Below, piece by piece: positions 23,808-37,262 of a DNA stretch of 64,000 bases. This DNA is from Macrostomum lignano (Eukaryota). The notes under the pieces were generated by a model, which was not told the DNA's origin, did no database searches, and saw only the letters and a list, made by a program, of their open reading frames with translations. The DNA is taken from the NCBI GenBank assembly GCA_002269645.1, contig NIVC01001876.1, forward strand, positions 120,818-184,817, written 5' to 3'. The translations under genes and the position numbers were made by a program. Numbering within the stretch: the first letter of the stretch is position 1; each line of letters begins with the position of its first letter.

Positions 23808-26800
23808 ATGTCGAATACTGCGTCAGCCACAGACGCCGCCGATTCCCCGTCGAATCCGGCTCGACTATCGTCGAAGCGTTTGCGCGCCGCGGCGCGTCTG
23901 AAAGCGCGCAAACGCGCGGCCGCTTTGAACTTTTTGGCCAGCATCTCGCTTGACGGCGTCTATGGCGAAAATTGCGCCTCGGCCGCTGCAGACGCCGATC
24001 AACTGGACAACGACGACGATGCCAGCAGCGCCTGTTTCGAAGGCGCCTCCACTGCCATCTGCGGCAGCGAGTTCGTTGATGACAACGACGAATTTAGCCG
24101 TTCGGCAGTCTGCAGCGTTGTTAATCAGGATGAAATTGCTGGCAGCGTGAGTGTGCTTTTGCTGATTTGTCTGATAACTGAGTTGGTTTCAAAGTCTGCA
24201 TATACGTGGGCTTCTCAGATCCCCAAACTGACCTTGCAGACCTCCCACATCCTTAAACTGACCTTGATGGCTTTCCAGATCATCGGACTGACCTTGAAGA
24301 CCTCCAGATCATCAAACTGACCTTGCAAACCTCCCAGATCCTTAAACCGACCTTGAAAACTTTCCAGATCATTGAACTGACCTTGAAGACTCACAGATCC
24401 CAAAACTGACATTGCGTACCTCCTAGATCATCGAACTGACCTTTCAAACCTCCCAGATCCTTAAACTGACCTTGAAGACTTTCCAAATCAATAAACTGAC
24501 CTTGAAGACCCACGTGCAGATCTTCAAACTGACCTTTCAAACCTCCCAGATCCTTAAACTGACCTTGAAGACTTCCCAGATCATCGAACTGACCTTGAAG
24601 ACTTCCCAGATCATCGAACTGACCTTGAAGACTTCCCAGATCATCGAACTGACATTGAAGACTTACAAATCCCAACAGATCATCAAACTGACCTTGCAAA
24701 TCTCACTGATCATCAAACTGACCTTGCAGAATTCTCAAATCTCAAACGTACGGACAAATTTTAACAAATTTCATATTTCCTAATTATTTTACTTCTTCGT
24801 GTTTGTGCACTTACTGATACTATACTAATGCAAAAGTCTATTGATTTGTGGACGTCATCAATAAGACCTCAGTTTCTTCTTTCAGCTATTCGTCTAAATT
24901 CTATTTAGCTATACTCGCTGATAAAGAGATCGTGTTTGAAAGCGATCCGCTATCACATGAAATCTGTCTGTCTGCTTGCCTGATAGTAGAGAGGGTGGCT
25001 TTTTCTGTTTTTAAAGGTTCTTCGAGACACCTTGCATTCGTCTCCTTTTGAATGACGTAAATCTGCAAGCTGTTATGTGCTAGTAACTAGGCTAATTTAC
25101 TATATATAACTGTGTTCTCTACGGTTTCACCAGTACGATAAGGCACTGCCAGGAAGGTTCTCGGACAAGTCTTGACCTTTGAATTTAATTAATGCATTTG
25201 CATGTTTTCAGATAAATAAAAATTTTTAAATCTGGGTTTAGTTACTAAAATCCTGTTAATGCTTTATATCACGTCTTTAGTATTGAATCCTTAATTTAAA
25301 CTTTCTCGAAAGTGGCATCTTAAAATGATGTGGAGGTTTCTAGAAAGTAACTTTTTCGAGAATGTGAAGGCTTCCAGGAATTGATGCTTTCGAAGATGTG
25401 GAGATTTCCAGGAAGTGACGTTTTTTATTACTAGAAAGTGACGTTTTCTAAGTATGTGGAGGTTTCCAGGAAGTAACTTTTTCGAGGGTTTGGGGGTTTC
25501 CAGGAAGTAACGTTTTTTGATTACTAGAAAGTGACGTTTTTTAAGTATGTGGAGGTTTCCAGGAAGTGACGTTTTTTAAGTATGTGGAGGTTTCCAGGAA
25601 GTGACGTTTTCGAAGATTTGGAGGTTTCCAGGAAGTGATTTTTTCGAAGATTAGGATGTTTCCAGGAAGTCACGTTTTCGAGGATGTGGAGGTTTCCAGG
25701 AAGTGACGTTTTTTGAGTACTGAAAGTGACTGAGGTCTGAGGATGTGGAGATTTCCAGGAATTTACGTTTTCGTGACATTTTAGAGAAAGTGGGCGTTTC
25801 GATTAGTCGAAATCGTCTTGGAAAAGCAAGTAAAAAAACAGATTTTAAGTAAAATAACAAAATTGATATCAGTGTTTTATAATTCCGTGCTCGCAGATTG
25901 CAAACAGTTTGGAATCATCAGCGACCGCTGCAGCTGTTGCTGGCTCATTGTCGACGAGAAATCCTCAATACCAGCACCACCACCAGCAGCAGCATAGCGG
26001 CGGTCACCATCGGCACAGGCGTCAGTCTGCCGATCAATCGCCGCTGCCGCTGTTTGTCGAGGTGCCCGGTCAGAGTCTGTCGCCTCCCACTGACGCTGGC
26101 GTAGCCATTGCGGTTCGCTATCGAACTCAATCGGAGTTTAGAGCCCAATTAAGCGTCCCATCTGGTTTCGACTACTCTTCTAGTAGCAGACGCTGGAGCC
26201 GGCAGCGGGCCGATCGATCTCGAACAACTTCGTCGTCTAATCACAGTTCGTTGTCTGGACCCGACACTATGATTGGTAGTGGAGCTCAGGGCTCCTCCAT
26301 TTTCGGTCGTCGAGCGGCCTCGTCAACGTCAGATCGTGGCGACGGCGTAGTCGGCGGTGGAGGCGGCGTCGAAGATATCGCAGATTTGGCTGAAATTATT
26401 GGAGGGCCTTTTAGGTAGGCGATGATGAGAATGTGTTACAAAGATATCGTGGATTTATGGAATGACAGAGTACTAGCAATCGTTTGATTTAATAGAGGTA
26501 AAGAGAGACGGAACAACTTAAAAATCACGGAGATTTACAGGTGTGAATGTAGAATGACAGGGGATTTGAAGATTGTCGGAGCAATACTGAGTGTGACAGT
26601 GATATTGATAGTGATGCATTGATAGGGATAATGACACAGGGATATGAAGAATGACACAGGAATAGGGAGAGTGACACAGGGTTAGAGAGAGTGACACAGC
26701 GATAGAGAGAGTGACAGAAGGATATTGAGCGTGACAATAATATTGATAGTGATACGGGGATAGGAAGAGTGACACGAATAGAGAGAGAGAGTGGCACAGG

Positions 26801-29800
26801 GATAGCGATAGCGACAGGAATAGGGAGTGTGACGCAGGGATAAAGAGAGAGAGTGGCACAGGGATAGCGATAGCGACAGGAATAGGGAGTGTGACGCAGG
26901 GATAAAGAGAGAGAGTGGCACAGGGATAGCGATAGCGACAGGAATAGGGAGTGTGACGCAGGGATAAAGAGAGTGAGTGGCACAGGGATAGCGATAGCGA
27001 CAGGAATAGGGAGTGTGACGCAGGGATAGAGAGTGAGTGGCACAGGGATAGCGATAGCGACAGGAATAGGGAGTGTGACGCAGGGATAAAGAGAGAGAGT
27101 GGCACAGGGATAGCGATAGCGACAGGAATAGGGAGTGTGACGCAGGGATAAAGAGAGTGAGTGGCACAGGGATAGCGATAGCGACAGGAATAGGGAGTGT
27201 GACGCAGGGATAAAGAGAGTGACACAGGGATAGCGAGAGTGACACAGGAATATTGAGAGTGACACATTACTATTGAGAGTGACACAGGAATATTGAGAGT
27301 GACACATTACTATTGAGAGTGACACAGGGATATGTAGAGACCCTAATTTATAATTTTGTACCTACCTAAATTGTGCTGCAGCTCTTCGAACGGCCCTCGA
27401 AAGCGAACTAGGACCCGGTCGTTTCGCGGAATTGAAAGCTTCTGTAAGCATAATTAATACTTTATTGGCTTATATCTGCGTTGATTTTATTATTGTGTAC
27501 ATGTATAATGCCAGTGATTTTTTCCCAACATTCTAAGCTCCTGCTAACGTTACCGCCGCCATACAAGCAGGTAATATCAGATCTATGTACCGGTATAGCA
27601 GTTAAATCAAAATTATTAATGATGACACCTGCTGCAATTACTTGTATTTATTGTTAGCATCTGTCAATATTGAAAATCAATAACAATCGTGGTGTTGATG
27701 GCATTTCGATTTTATTATCTAACGCATTAAGTATTTACTTTACTCGGTGTTGCGGTATCATTTTTGCTGTCATTTCGTTGGTTTATGCTGCTCATATCAA
27801 TTGCAATAGCTTGAGTTTTTGTTTAATATGAAACGGTTAAGATGACGCACTCATTAGAACTAATTGTTTCCTCCACGGATGTTTTCTCTGGGCTCTCTAC
27901 TCTTGTATCATCCTCCCCTCTTCTTGCCTTTCCGTCACGGCTTCCCTGCATATCCCGCTCTTCTCTCCACCCCCTGTCTGCCCCTCGGTCCGTTTCTCCT
28001 TTTTCTGCCCTCTCTGTCTGTCTCTGCCTCCGCTCTGCCCCCCTTGTCTGTGTCTCCTCTTTCCGCCCCTTCTCTCCGCCCTCCATCTTCGCTCCTCTCC
28101 CAACCTCCTGTCCCGCCCACTCTCTCTGCCCTTCTGTCTCCCGCTGCTCTTCTCTCCTCCCCCTCTCTCCGCCCCTTATGTCCTCTTCTCCTCTTTCCGC
28201 CCCCTCTCTCCGCCCCTTATGTCCTCTCCTCCTCTTTCCGCCTCTCTCCACCCCTTCGCCCCCCCCCTATGTCCGCTCATCTTCTTCCCACCCCTCTCCG
28301 CCCCCTCTCCGCCCCCTCTCCGCCCCCTCTCCACCCCCTCTCCGCCTCCTCTTTACGCCCCTCTCTCCGCCCCTATGTCCGCTCCTCCTCTTTCCGCCCC
28401 TCTCCCCGCCCCCCTCTCCGCCCCCCTCTCCGCCCCTCTCTCCACCTTCTCTTTTCGCCCCCCTCTCCACCTTCTCTTTTCGCCCCCTCTCCGCCCCCTC
28501 TGTCCGCTCCTCCTCTTTCCACCCCTCCTCTCCGCACCCTGTCAGCTCCTCCTCTTTCCGCCCCTCTCTCCGCCCTTCTGTGTACTGTTGCTCCTCTTTT
28601 CCCGCCCTTTTGTATCCATCCTCTGCCCCCCCTCTACGCCCCCCAATCTTTTCTCAATTCTCTCCGCCCCCCCCTTTTCCGCTCCACTTCCTTTCACTCA
28701 GCTTTTCAAGACGAAACCATGTGAGACGTGATTGTGTGAACTTCACTTTCATTGACTTGTTTCTTGCGCCACTGGTTTCCTATTGGTATGCTAGCGCGGG
28801 CGGTGTATTACAGGCTAAGGAAAATTTCTATATAGTTTTCTGTCTGCCCTATTTTCTTCTCTTTCTTCAACTCGTGGCTCAATGCATTTCCGTCTATAAG
28901 ACAGAGAAATTGCGAATGAATTCCTTAATCGCCTCGGGGTCGGTTCGAAATCGAGGGGAAAGTAGTTTGAGAATGAGGAATCGACACTTTTTATAATCAT
29001 AGCTATAGCCAGCCGGGTGAAAACTCGCTCCCATCCCAGCGTCTGTGCCATATCGCGTGTCTTTTTGAGGTCGATGCCTCATCATAATCTAAAAGCCTGG
29101 TTGATCTTAATCGCGTGCAACTGAGGAAAAATGATAGAAAGAATTCAAAACTTTCAATACGACTTTTATTGGCCATCTACGAGCGTAGTTAACGGTGAAT
29201 ATATTATTTTTTTATAACCTCGTAGTAGGGTGGTAACTTAGTAGCTCAGGGCTACCCTGTTCTTGATGATTAGACAGCCAGGGCCCACGGAATTTCCACG
29301 GCTTTCCCGGCGGGCAAGAGTTCTCCCATGCTAACACATAGGCGCCCGTCCGATACGGGCCCACGGAATTTCCACGGCTTTCCCTGCGACAGTGTCCACT
29401 TCCCACATTTCCCCTACTACTTTAGATAGCTAGGAAGAGCTGCCTGCCAATATGCAGTACAGTTTATCAAAATATATTTAATAAATATGCATATACGATA
29501 AACGCATTTACTATACCTAAGAAGTTTACAATATTATAACTATCTAATTAAATAAACAGTCTGCGAATTACTATTGCTTGTTATAATGAAACGCAAAAAT
29601 TTCAAACTCTAAATCTAGTCGGTCGACAGCGGCATAAGTCCAGTTCAGTCTCGACTTCAACCGACTCAATCACGGAGTTTCCAATATCTCCGCCGAAAGG
29701 TGTTTATCGCTGTCCGCCCACCACTACTGGCCTAGTTGTCAAGAAGGATCGCTTAAGCGAAAGGTATATTGCATCTTGAATAAAACGTTCTATGAATTAT

Positions 29801-30499
29801 TCAATAGCAGAGTTCATGTCCCAGCGCACGCTTCCATTGTGATTGAAGCTGGTATTATAGTGCAGGATGTAGTGTAATACAGTAATACTGCATTGTATTT
29901 AGCTTGCGTTTGCACTGCCAACCGGAAGTGCATGCCAATGAATGAGTTTTAGCATCCTTTCATTGAGTGAACTCTACTCCTGCTTGCCTTGCATCTATTT
30001 ATAAACTTTTTCTGGAAGTTCTAGTTTAGTCAAGTGTTATATAATATAAAAATGTATTTTGCCTCCTCAAACTATTTACAGATGCGTCCTTGTTACTAAC
30101 CGGAAGTCGCCATTCTATGCCTTTTCAATCGTCAAATTTTGTCGCGACTCTTCGGCTAATGCAAGGTATGTTTTTTTAATTAGTTCAATGTTTCTGGACT
30201 GCTGACAGCTTGCCTTGCTAATCTTTTCTCTTAAATACTCTATGCTTCTACATTCTATACTACTGTCCTTCTAGTGACTTTTACTGTTCAGGACTTCCAT
30301 TCTTGCCTGTCTGTCTGTCTGTCTGTCTGTCGGCCTGTTTGTCTGTCTGTCTGTCTTTCTCAATGGCTGTTTGTCTGTCTGTCTGTATGTATGTATAGGC
30401 TGTATATACGAGTATATATAGGCTGTCTTCCTGTTTTAGTGTCTGCCTGCCTGCCTGTCTGTCTGTCTGTCTTTCTCAATGTCAGTTTGTCTGTCTGTG

Positions 30500-30540
<41 letters not shown>

Positions 30541-31304
30541 GCCTGTTTGTCTGTCTGTCTGTCTTTCTTAATGGCTGCTTGTCTGTCTGTTTGTATGTAT
30601 GTATAGGCTGTAAAGGCTGTATGTATATATAGGCTGTCTGCCTGTCTTAGTGTCTGCTTGCCTGCCTGTCTGCCTGCCTGCCTGTCTGCCTGCCTGCCTG
30701 TCTGTCTGCCTGCCTTTCTGCCTGCCTGCCTGTCTGTCTGCCTGCCTTTCTGCCTGCCTGTCTGCCTGTCTGCCTGTCTGTCTGTCTTTCTCAATGTCAG
30801 TTTGTCTGTTTGTCTGTCTATCTGTCTGTCTGTCGGTCTGTCCGTCTGTCTTAGTGTCCGTCTCTCTGTACCGTCTGGTACGGCTCAGTATCAGAATTTC
30901 ATTTATATCATCACTTCGTCTGTCAGTGCATTGGGTTTTTAATTAAGCCAATATTGTCACGATTCTTCGAATACTAAGGTTTGAAATATTTGCTAGAGTC
31001 TAGCTAGATTCTACTCTGTCGCAAGCACACCGGCTATCATTGCAACCTCCCTGCTCCCGAATCGTCTTTCATCCAGCCGAAGCGACCAACCAGAATCCAG
31101 ACTCCGTCATCACTCCAGCGGAAGCGTGTCGCCGACTCATGAGAGCCTGCTGGCCCAATTTGGAGTTTTGCCGCGTTTCGAAGAAAATCAGGTGCGTCAT
31201 TAGGAAACTGCAGCAGCATGAATAAAATATGCACTAGTTAGTTTGTTAGGGTAAGGGTAAGTTAGTTAGTTACTTATTAGTTGATTGGTTAGTTAGTTAG
31301 TTAA

Positions 31305-31343
<39 letters not shown>

Positions 31344-34300
31344 TTTGGTTAGTTAGTTAGTTAGTTAGTTAGTAAGTTAGTTAGTAAGTTAGTTAGTTAG
31401 TTAGGCAGTTAGTTAGTTAGTGAGTTAGTTAGTTAGAGGGAGGCTAAGAGGAAGAGAGGGAGAAGACAGCAGGGAAGAGAACTAGCGCACTGTTTGAATG
31501 TGAAGCTTATAATCCAGCACAGGCATGCAGCAATAATGATTATCGTATTGCCATTCACACCCATGGCCACGGCAGTCCGTGTCCTACGGTCATCTGCTGC
31601 AACCGTCTGCCGTTCGTCGCCGACGAGAGAGCGGCTCTTACAAGCGCTACCTGTCGGTTGATGAGCACGAGTCCTACCCGCCAGCCGCTAACCAGACTGG
31701 CCTATCTATATCTCCAAGTGAGTGCCTATAATAATAGTGATAGAAAATATACGTTAGCTCTGTCTGGGACAACTCGATTGTCTTTTTTGTGACAATTTGA
31801 CTGTCCGTGACAATTTCACTGGCTGTCAGTGACAATCTGATTGTCTATCAGTACTTGACAATTTGACACTGTCATTAACAATTGTTTGGACTGTCTATCA
31901 GTGACAATTCGAATCTGTCAGTGACCATCTGACTAGCTGTCAGTGACAATCTGACTAGCTGTCAGTGACAATCTGACTAGCTGTCAGTGACAATCTGACT
32001 GTCTATTAGTGACAAAGTGACAATGATGTCAGTGACAATCTGACTGTCTATTAGTGACAAAGTGACAATGATGTCAGTGACAATCTGACTGTCTATTAGT
32101 GACAAAGTGACAATGATGTCAGTGACAATCTGACTGTCTATTAGTGACAAAGTGACAATGATGTCAGTGACAATCTGACTGTCTATTAGTGACAAAGTGA
32201 CAATGATGTCAGTGACAATCTGACTGTCTATTAGTGACAAAGTGACAATGATGTCAGTGACAATCTGACTGTCTATTAGTGACAAAGTGACAATGATGTC
32301 AGTGACAATCTGACTGTCTATTAGTGACAAAGTGACAATGATGTCAGTGACAATGATGTCAGTGACAATCTGACTGTCTATTAGTGACAAAGTGACAATG
32401 ATGTCAGTGACAATCTGACTGTCTCTTAGTGACAAAGTGACAATGATGTCAGTGACAATCTGACTGTCTATTAGTGACAAAGTGACAATGATGTCAGTGA
32501 CAATCTGACTGTCTATTAGTGACAAAGTGACAATGATGTCAGTGACAATCGTCCGCACTTTGACGAAAAAACAAGCGAAATCGATTTTTCTGACAGTAAA
32601 TTTACATTTTGTTGGCGCTGCGATAAAAAAGTTTTATGGGTTTTTACCTTAATCCAAAGGCAAAAAGAATGGGTGATTTTCTTAGGACCCTATTGCTTTA
32701 ATATACCAGTTCAGCTCTTTAATAACTAGTGTGCATTCTTCTATTGTGTGTATATCTGCACTTTTCAGTTTTTCTTACCATAAATCACCTGAACGCACCC
32801 TTATTACAGCCCACACCCGCAGACGTCGGACATTAGCTGTTTCTAATAACAGTAAAAGCTTGTTTTTCTTTGATACGACACTATTTCTGCACGATGCCGT
32901 CATCAGCTTTTTCTACTTTATATTTTTTCAAAACTCGACCCATACTCTTTTCCAGCTGTTATTAAACCTTTTCTTCTTAATCTGTGTTATCGATTTTTCA
33001 GTCTACACCTTCAACCCACCCACCTCCCTCCGCGTGTGTTTTATCGATTTTTCAGTCTACACCTTCAACTCACCCACCTCCGTCCGCGTGTGTGTTTTAT
33101 CGATTTTCCAGCCTGTCCCTCAACCCACCCACCTCCCTCCGCGTGTGTGTTTTATCGATTTTCCAGCCTGTCCCTCAACCCACCCACCTCCCTCCGCGTG
33201 TGTGTTTTATCGATTTTCCAGCCTGTCCCTCAACCCACCCACCTCCCTCCGCGTGTGTGTTTTATCGATTTTCCAGCCTGTCCCTCCACCCACCCACCTC
33301 TCTCTGCGTGTGTGTTTTTATCGATTTTCCAGCCTGTCCCTCAACCCACCCACCTCCCTCCGCGTGTCTGTTTTATCGATTTTCCACTTTTCCAGTCTCT
33401 AAACCTATTAAACCTAAAATTCACGGGCATGTGGAATTTTCGGTGGTTCTATAAAATGAATAGTTATCTACCTGATGTATGCACCTTGCGGTACAGTGTC
33501 TATTGTGTTCTTGGGTTTAGAGTGATCTTAATATTTTACCAATTAACTTTTAATAACTGACATGTATAGACAGATATGCGTAATTGTGTTATTTATTATT
33601 ACCAACTAATATAGAGCAGCCATATTTATTTTTGTCTATGTAAAATTATCTAGGTATAGACTAACATTTCCATTTTTAACTTGAACGAGTATCAATTTAT
33701 TCATATTTTTACTCCGTTTTGTCGCGCAGTTAAAGAATCCGCTCCATTGGTTGTCTACCATCCTCACCTGCTGGACAACCCGGATTTGACCTGCGGAAAG
33801 CATATGACTGTGCTCAATTTCACCTCCTACGTGGTAAGTTCAATTCTTTCAATTTTGTCAGTTTTCTTATTTAAAGCATGCCTTTTTCACAATGGCCTGT
33901 CTCTTTAAGACATCCGTGATGGAATACGTTCGACCGTCGGATCTGAAGAAGGATTTAAATCAACAATTTCGCGAGAGATTTCCCCAGATCCAGTTGACTT
34001 TGAGTAAACTGCGCAGCTTGAAAGCCGATCTGCACAGAATTGCTAAAAAGGTAAAGTTTGTGCAACCCTGTTTTAACTTTTTTGGAGCATAGCATCCACC
34101 TTCTTGTCCTCTGTGCCTTCTGTGAGACACTCTTCCTGTATCTATACATGCTGTCAATCAGCCCTTCCTGTCTCTCTATCCATGCTGTGGGACACTCCTT
34201 CCTGTCTCTATCCATGCTGTGGGACACCCCTTCCTGTCTCTATCCATGCTGTGGGACACTCCTTCCTGTCTCTATCCATGCTGTGGGACACTCCTTCCTG

Positions 34301-35416
34301 TCTCTATCCATGCTGTGGGACACTCCTTCCTGTCTCTATCCATGCTGTGGGACACCCCTTCCTGTCTCTATCCATGCTGTGGGACACTCCTTCCTGTCTC
34401 TATCCATGCTGTGGGACACTCCTTCCTGTCTCTATCCATGCTGTGGGACACTCCTTCCTGTCTCTATCCATGCTGTGGGACACCCCTTCCTGTCTCTATC
34501 CTTATGCTTTGAGACACCCCTTCCTGTCTCTATCCATGCTGTGGGACACCCCTTCCTGTCTCTCTATCCATGCTGTGGGACACCCCTTCCTGTCTCTCTA
34601 TCCATGCTGTGGGACACCCCTTCCTGTCTCTATCCATGCTGTGGGACACCCCTTCCTGTCTCTATTCATGCTGTGGGACACCCCTTCCTGTCTCTCTATC
34701 CATGCTGTGAGACACCCCCTCCTGTCTCTATCCATGCTGTGGGACACCCCTTCCTGTCTCTATTCATGCTGTGGGACACCCCTTCCTGTCTCTCTATCCA
34801 TGCTGTGGGACACCCTTCCTGTCTCTATTCATACCGTGAGACACCCCTTCTTGCCTCGTGTGTCTCCCATTCAACGTTTTTCTCCCTATTTTTTCACAAC
34901 GCAGTCGAGCATGGACCTGTGGACTTTGGCCCAATCGTTTGTATTCTTCGAGAAGCTGGCACTGAAAGGCCTCATCAACAAGGCCAATAGGAAGTGCTGC
35001 TGCGCCGCTAGCCTGGTCCTGTCCGCTAAGCTCAACGACGTCAAAGGAGCCGAATTGAACAACTTATTCGACGTAAGGCATCTTCCTACCTTTGCTTTAT
35101 TTATTATTGGATCTCTGGCGCTTCACGCTTCAAGTCACAATGGGCCGCTGTGCACCCTGTGTAAGCGTGTGTATGAGTGCGTACAGTACAGTACAGTATT
35201 AGCTTAGCTTGCATGCTGCTCAGGAGTGACTGCGGGACAATGTCAGCCCCAAACTTGCCGTTTCATCAGGAACTGGAAACTGCGTTTCGTTTGGCTAAAC
35301 GAGAGATTCTGCTGTTTGAACTGCCTATCCTTGTTGGCCTGGAGTTCTCTCTGGTCCTGCCCGACTACGAGATATCGCCCCATCTGCACCGGCTGGAGAC
35401 TGAAACTGTCAGATAG
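23808..35416 (+). CDS. CABLES: CDK5 and ABL1 enzyme substrate (Cables) homologue, 11 coding exons
   Basis: Exons 23808-24146, 25897-26414, 27382-27443, 29619-29763, 30082-30165, 31026-31191, 31576-31717, 33730-33833, 33910-34050, 34905-35072, 35270-35416, all GT-AG and phase-consistent; [29 protein letters not shown]...[17 protein letters not shown]...[25 protein letters not shown] cyclin-box-like C-terminus. The supplied ORF start at 23712 is TTG; the first ATG is 23808. Confidence 0.92.
24205..24750. repeat. 30-bp minisatellite (ACTGACCTTGAAGACTTCCCAGATCATCGA) in CABLES intron 1
   Basis: Direct reading. Confidence 0.9.
25310..25790. repeat. Variable 26-37-bp minisatellite (GGAGGTTTCCAGGAAGTGACGTTTT) in CABLES intron 1
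   Basis: Direct reading. Confidence 0.85.
26600..27330. repeat. 59-61-bp minisatellite in CABLES intron 2
   Basis: GTGGCACAGGGATAGCGATAGCGACAGGAATAGGGAGTGTGACGCAGGGATA recurs, e.g. 26791 then 26852. Confidence 0.92.
27880..28690. repeat. C/T-rich low-complexity tract (CCCCTCTCCG) in CABLES intron 3
   Basis: Direct reading. Confidence 0.85.
30305..30860. repeat. (CTGT)n/(CTGC)n microsatellite in CABLES intron 5
   Basis: Direct reading. Confidence 0.92.
31245..31435. repeat. (TTAG)n microsatellite in CABLES intron 6
   Basis: Direct reading. Confidence 0.92.
31920..32550. repeat. 45-bp minisatellite in CABLES intron 7
   Basis: GTCAGTGACAATCTGACTGTCTATTAGTGACAAAGTGACAATGAT, near-identical copies. 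Confidence 0.95.
32985..33390. repeat. About 56-bp minisatellite in CABLES intron 7
   Basis: TTATCGATTTTCCAGCCTGTCCCTCAACCCACCCACCTCCCTCCGCGTGTGTG repeated. Confidence 0.92.
34170..34850. repeat. 32-34-bp minisatellite in CABLES intron 9
   Basis: CCATGCTGTGGGACACYCCTTCCTGTCTCTAT repeated. Confidence 0.95.
35139..35210 (-). repeat. Short dispersed repeat, copy 1 of 3 (others 42184-42267 and 51720-51813 on +)
   Basis: Shared AATACTGTAC..GCACTCAT..ACAGGG(T/C)G(T/C)ACAGCGGC core. Confidence 0.65.
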
Positions 35417-35829
35417 GACACTGATAATAGATTCTGCAATAATTTTACAATTATCAACTTAACTTAATCCGTGTCAAGGTTTTATTCTCTCTATATTCCA
35501 ATGATCCCTGACTCAAAAAATGCTCTTGATTTTGTAGTCGTTTTGTAAAATTAATTCATTGCAATCAGGCCGCTACAAGTATTGCTGACAATTTCCGAAG
35601 AGAATAATGTTCCATGTCTGTTCCATGATTCTATATTTTTATTCTACAATCGCATCCCATCTTGCCTAGTTTCCGTGTTTGAATATTAAAATACAAATTT
35701 ATGTATGGCTATCATTCGGTGATTACGTGATAATGTGTTGATTCTAGTGAATTTGATTATTTGTGATTGGATTCTTCTAAATTATTTATTAATCCTTTCT
35801 GATTCAACTTTGAGTGACCATGTCATCCC

Positions 35830-36190
35830 GGTTGCACTTTTACAGAGTGACAATGCTATTTTGGTTGCAGTTTCAATGAGTGACAATCCCATTCCGGTTG
35901 CAGTTTTCAGGAGTGACAATCCCATTCTGGTTGCAGTTTTAATGAGTGACAATGCCATTCTGGTTGCAGTTTTCAGGAGTGACAATCCCATTCCGGTTGC
36001 AGTTTTAAGGAGTGACAATCCCATTCCGGTTGCAGTTTTCAGGAGTGACAATCCCATTCCGGTTGCAGTTTTCAGGAGTGACAATCCCATTCTGCTTGCA
36101 GTTTTAAGGAGTGACAATGCCATTCTGGTTGCAGTTTTAATGAGTGACAATGCCATTCTGGTTGCAGTTTTCAGGAGTGACAATGCCAAT
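35830..36190. repeat. 33-bp minisatellite downstream of CABLES
   Basis: GAGTGACAATCCCATTCCGGTTGCAGTTTTCAG repeated. Confidence 0.92.
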
Positions 36191-36689
36191 GATTTTAAGG
36201 ATTAACACTGCTGTTCAAGTACTTGAAATGCTTAGAGATTAATAATTAATTAGATAATTTAATTTTCATCTTTCAAGATACGATCGTATGTGGCGTGATT
36301 TCATTTCAACAATTTTTCTTATATCGAGTTTTTTGACCGTCCCATTACAAAGAATAATCAACTGTATTAGTGATTACTTAACCATTTTATTATCCATGGA
36401 TGAAGTAGAAAAGCAATTTCATAATTACTGTGTGACCCACATTTGCTTTTCCTAAGCAGCTTGTCACGTGAACTGTCGGGGAGCCCATTTGCAATTTAGC
36501 CGCCCCCTGTAAAAAGCCTGTTCAAATTACCGGATAGTATAGAATAAGGGTGCACCGATGCTTGAGTGAAAAACACAATTCAACAAAAAATAAGGGTCTT
36601 TTAGGAAAATAAGGGATATACGTAATTACCCACGCCTCCGAAAGCATTTCTGTTTATCATTTACCTGCGTCTTAAAGAAAGAATCACCC

Positions 36690-37262
36690 TCGAACTTCGA
36701 GGAATCGCCCTTCAAACTTATTGAGGAATCGCCCTCAGACTCTTAGGAATCGCCCTCAGGCTCTGAGGAATCGCCCTTCAAACTTATTGAGGAATCGCCC
36801 TCAGACTCTTAGGAATCGCCCTCAGGCTCTGAGGAATCGCCTTCAAACTTATTGAGGAATCGCCCTCAGACTCTGTGGAATCACCTTCAAACTCTGAGGA
36901 ATCGCCCTCAGACTTTGTGGAATCGCCCTCAATCTCTGAGGAATCGCCCTCAACTCTTAGAAATCGCCCTCACACTCGGAGGAATCGCCCTCAAACTCTG
37001 AGGAATCGCCCTCAGACTTTGTGGAATCGCCCTCAATCTCTGAGGAATCGCCCTCAACTCTTAGAAATCGCCCTCACACTCGGAGGAATCGCCCTCAAAC
37101 TCTGAGGAATCGCCCTCAAACTCCAAGGAATCGCTCTCAAACTCTAAAGAATCGCCCTCAAACTCTGAGGAATCGCCCTCAAACTCCAAGGAATCGCTCT
37201 CAAACTCTGAGGAATCGCCCTCAAACTCTGAGAAATCGCCTTCAACTTATTTCAGGAATCGC
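36690..37262. repeat. 21-22-bp minisatellite (GAGGAATCGCCCTCAAACTCT)
   Basis: Direct reading. Confidence 0.92.

Noticed and set aside
27842-28996. 384-aa Pro/Ser-rich ORF and overlapping ORFs
   Set aside because: Derived from a C/T-rich low-complexity tract inside CABLES intron 3.
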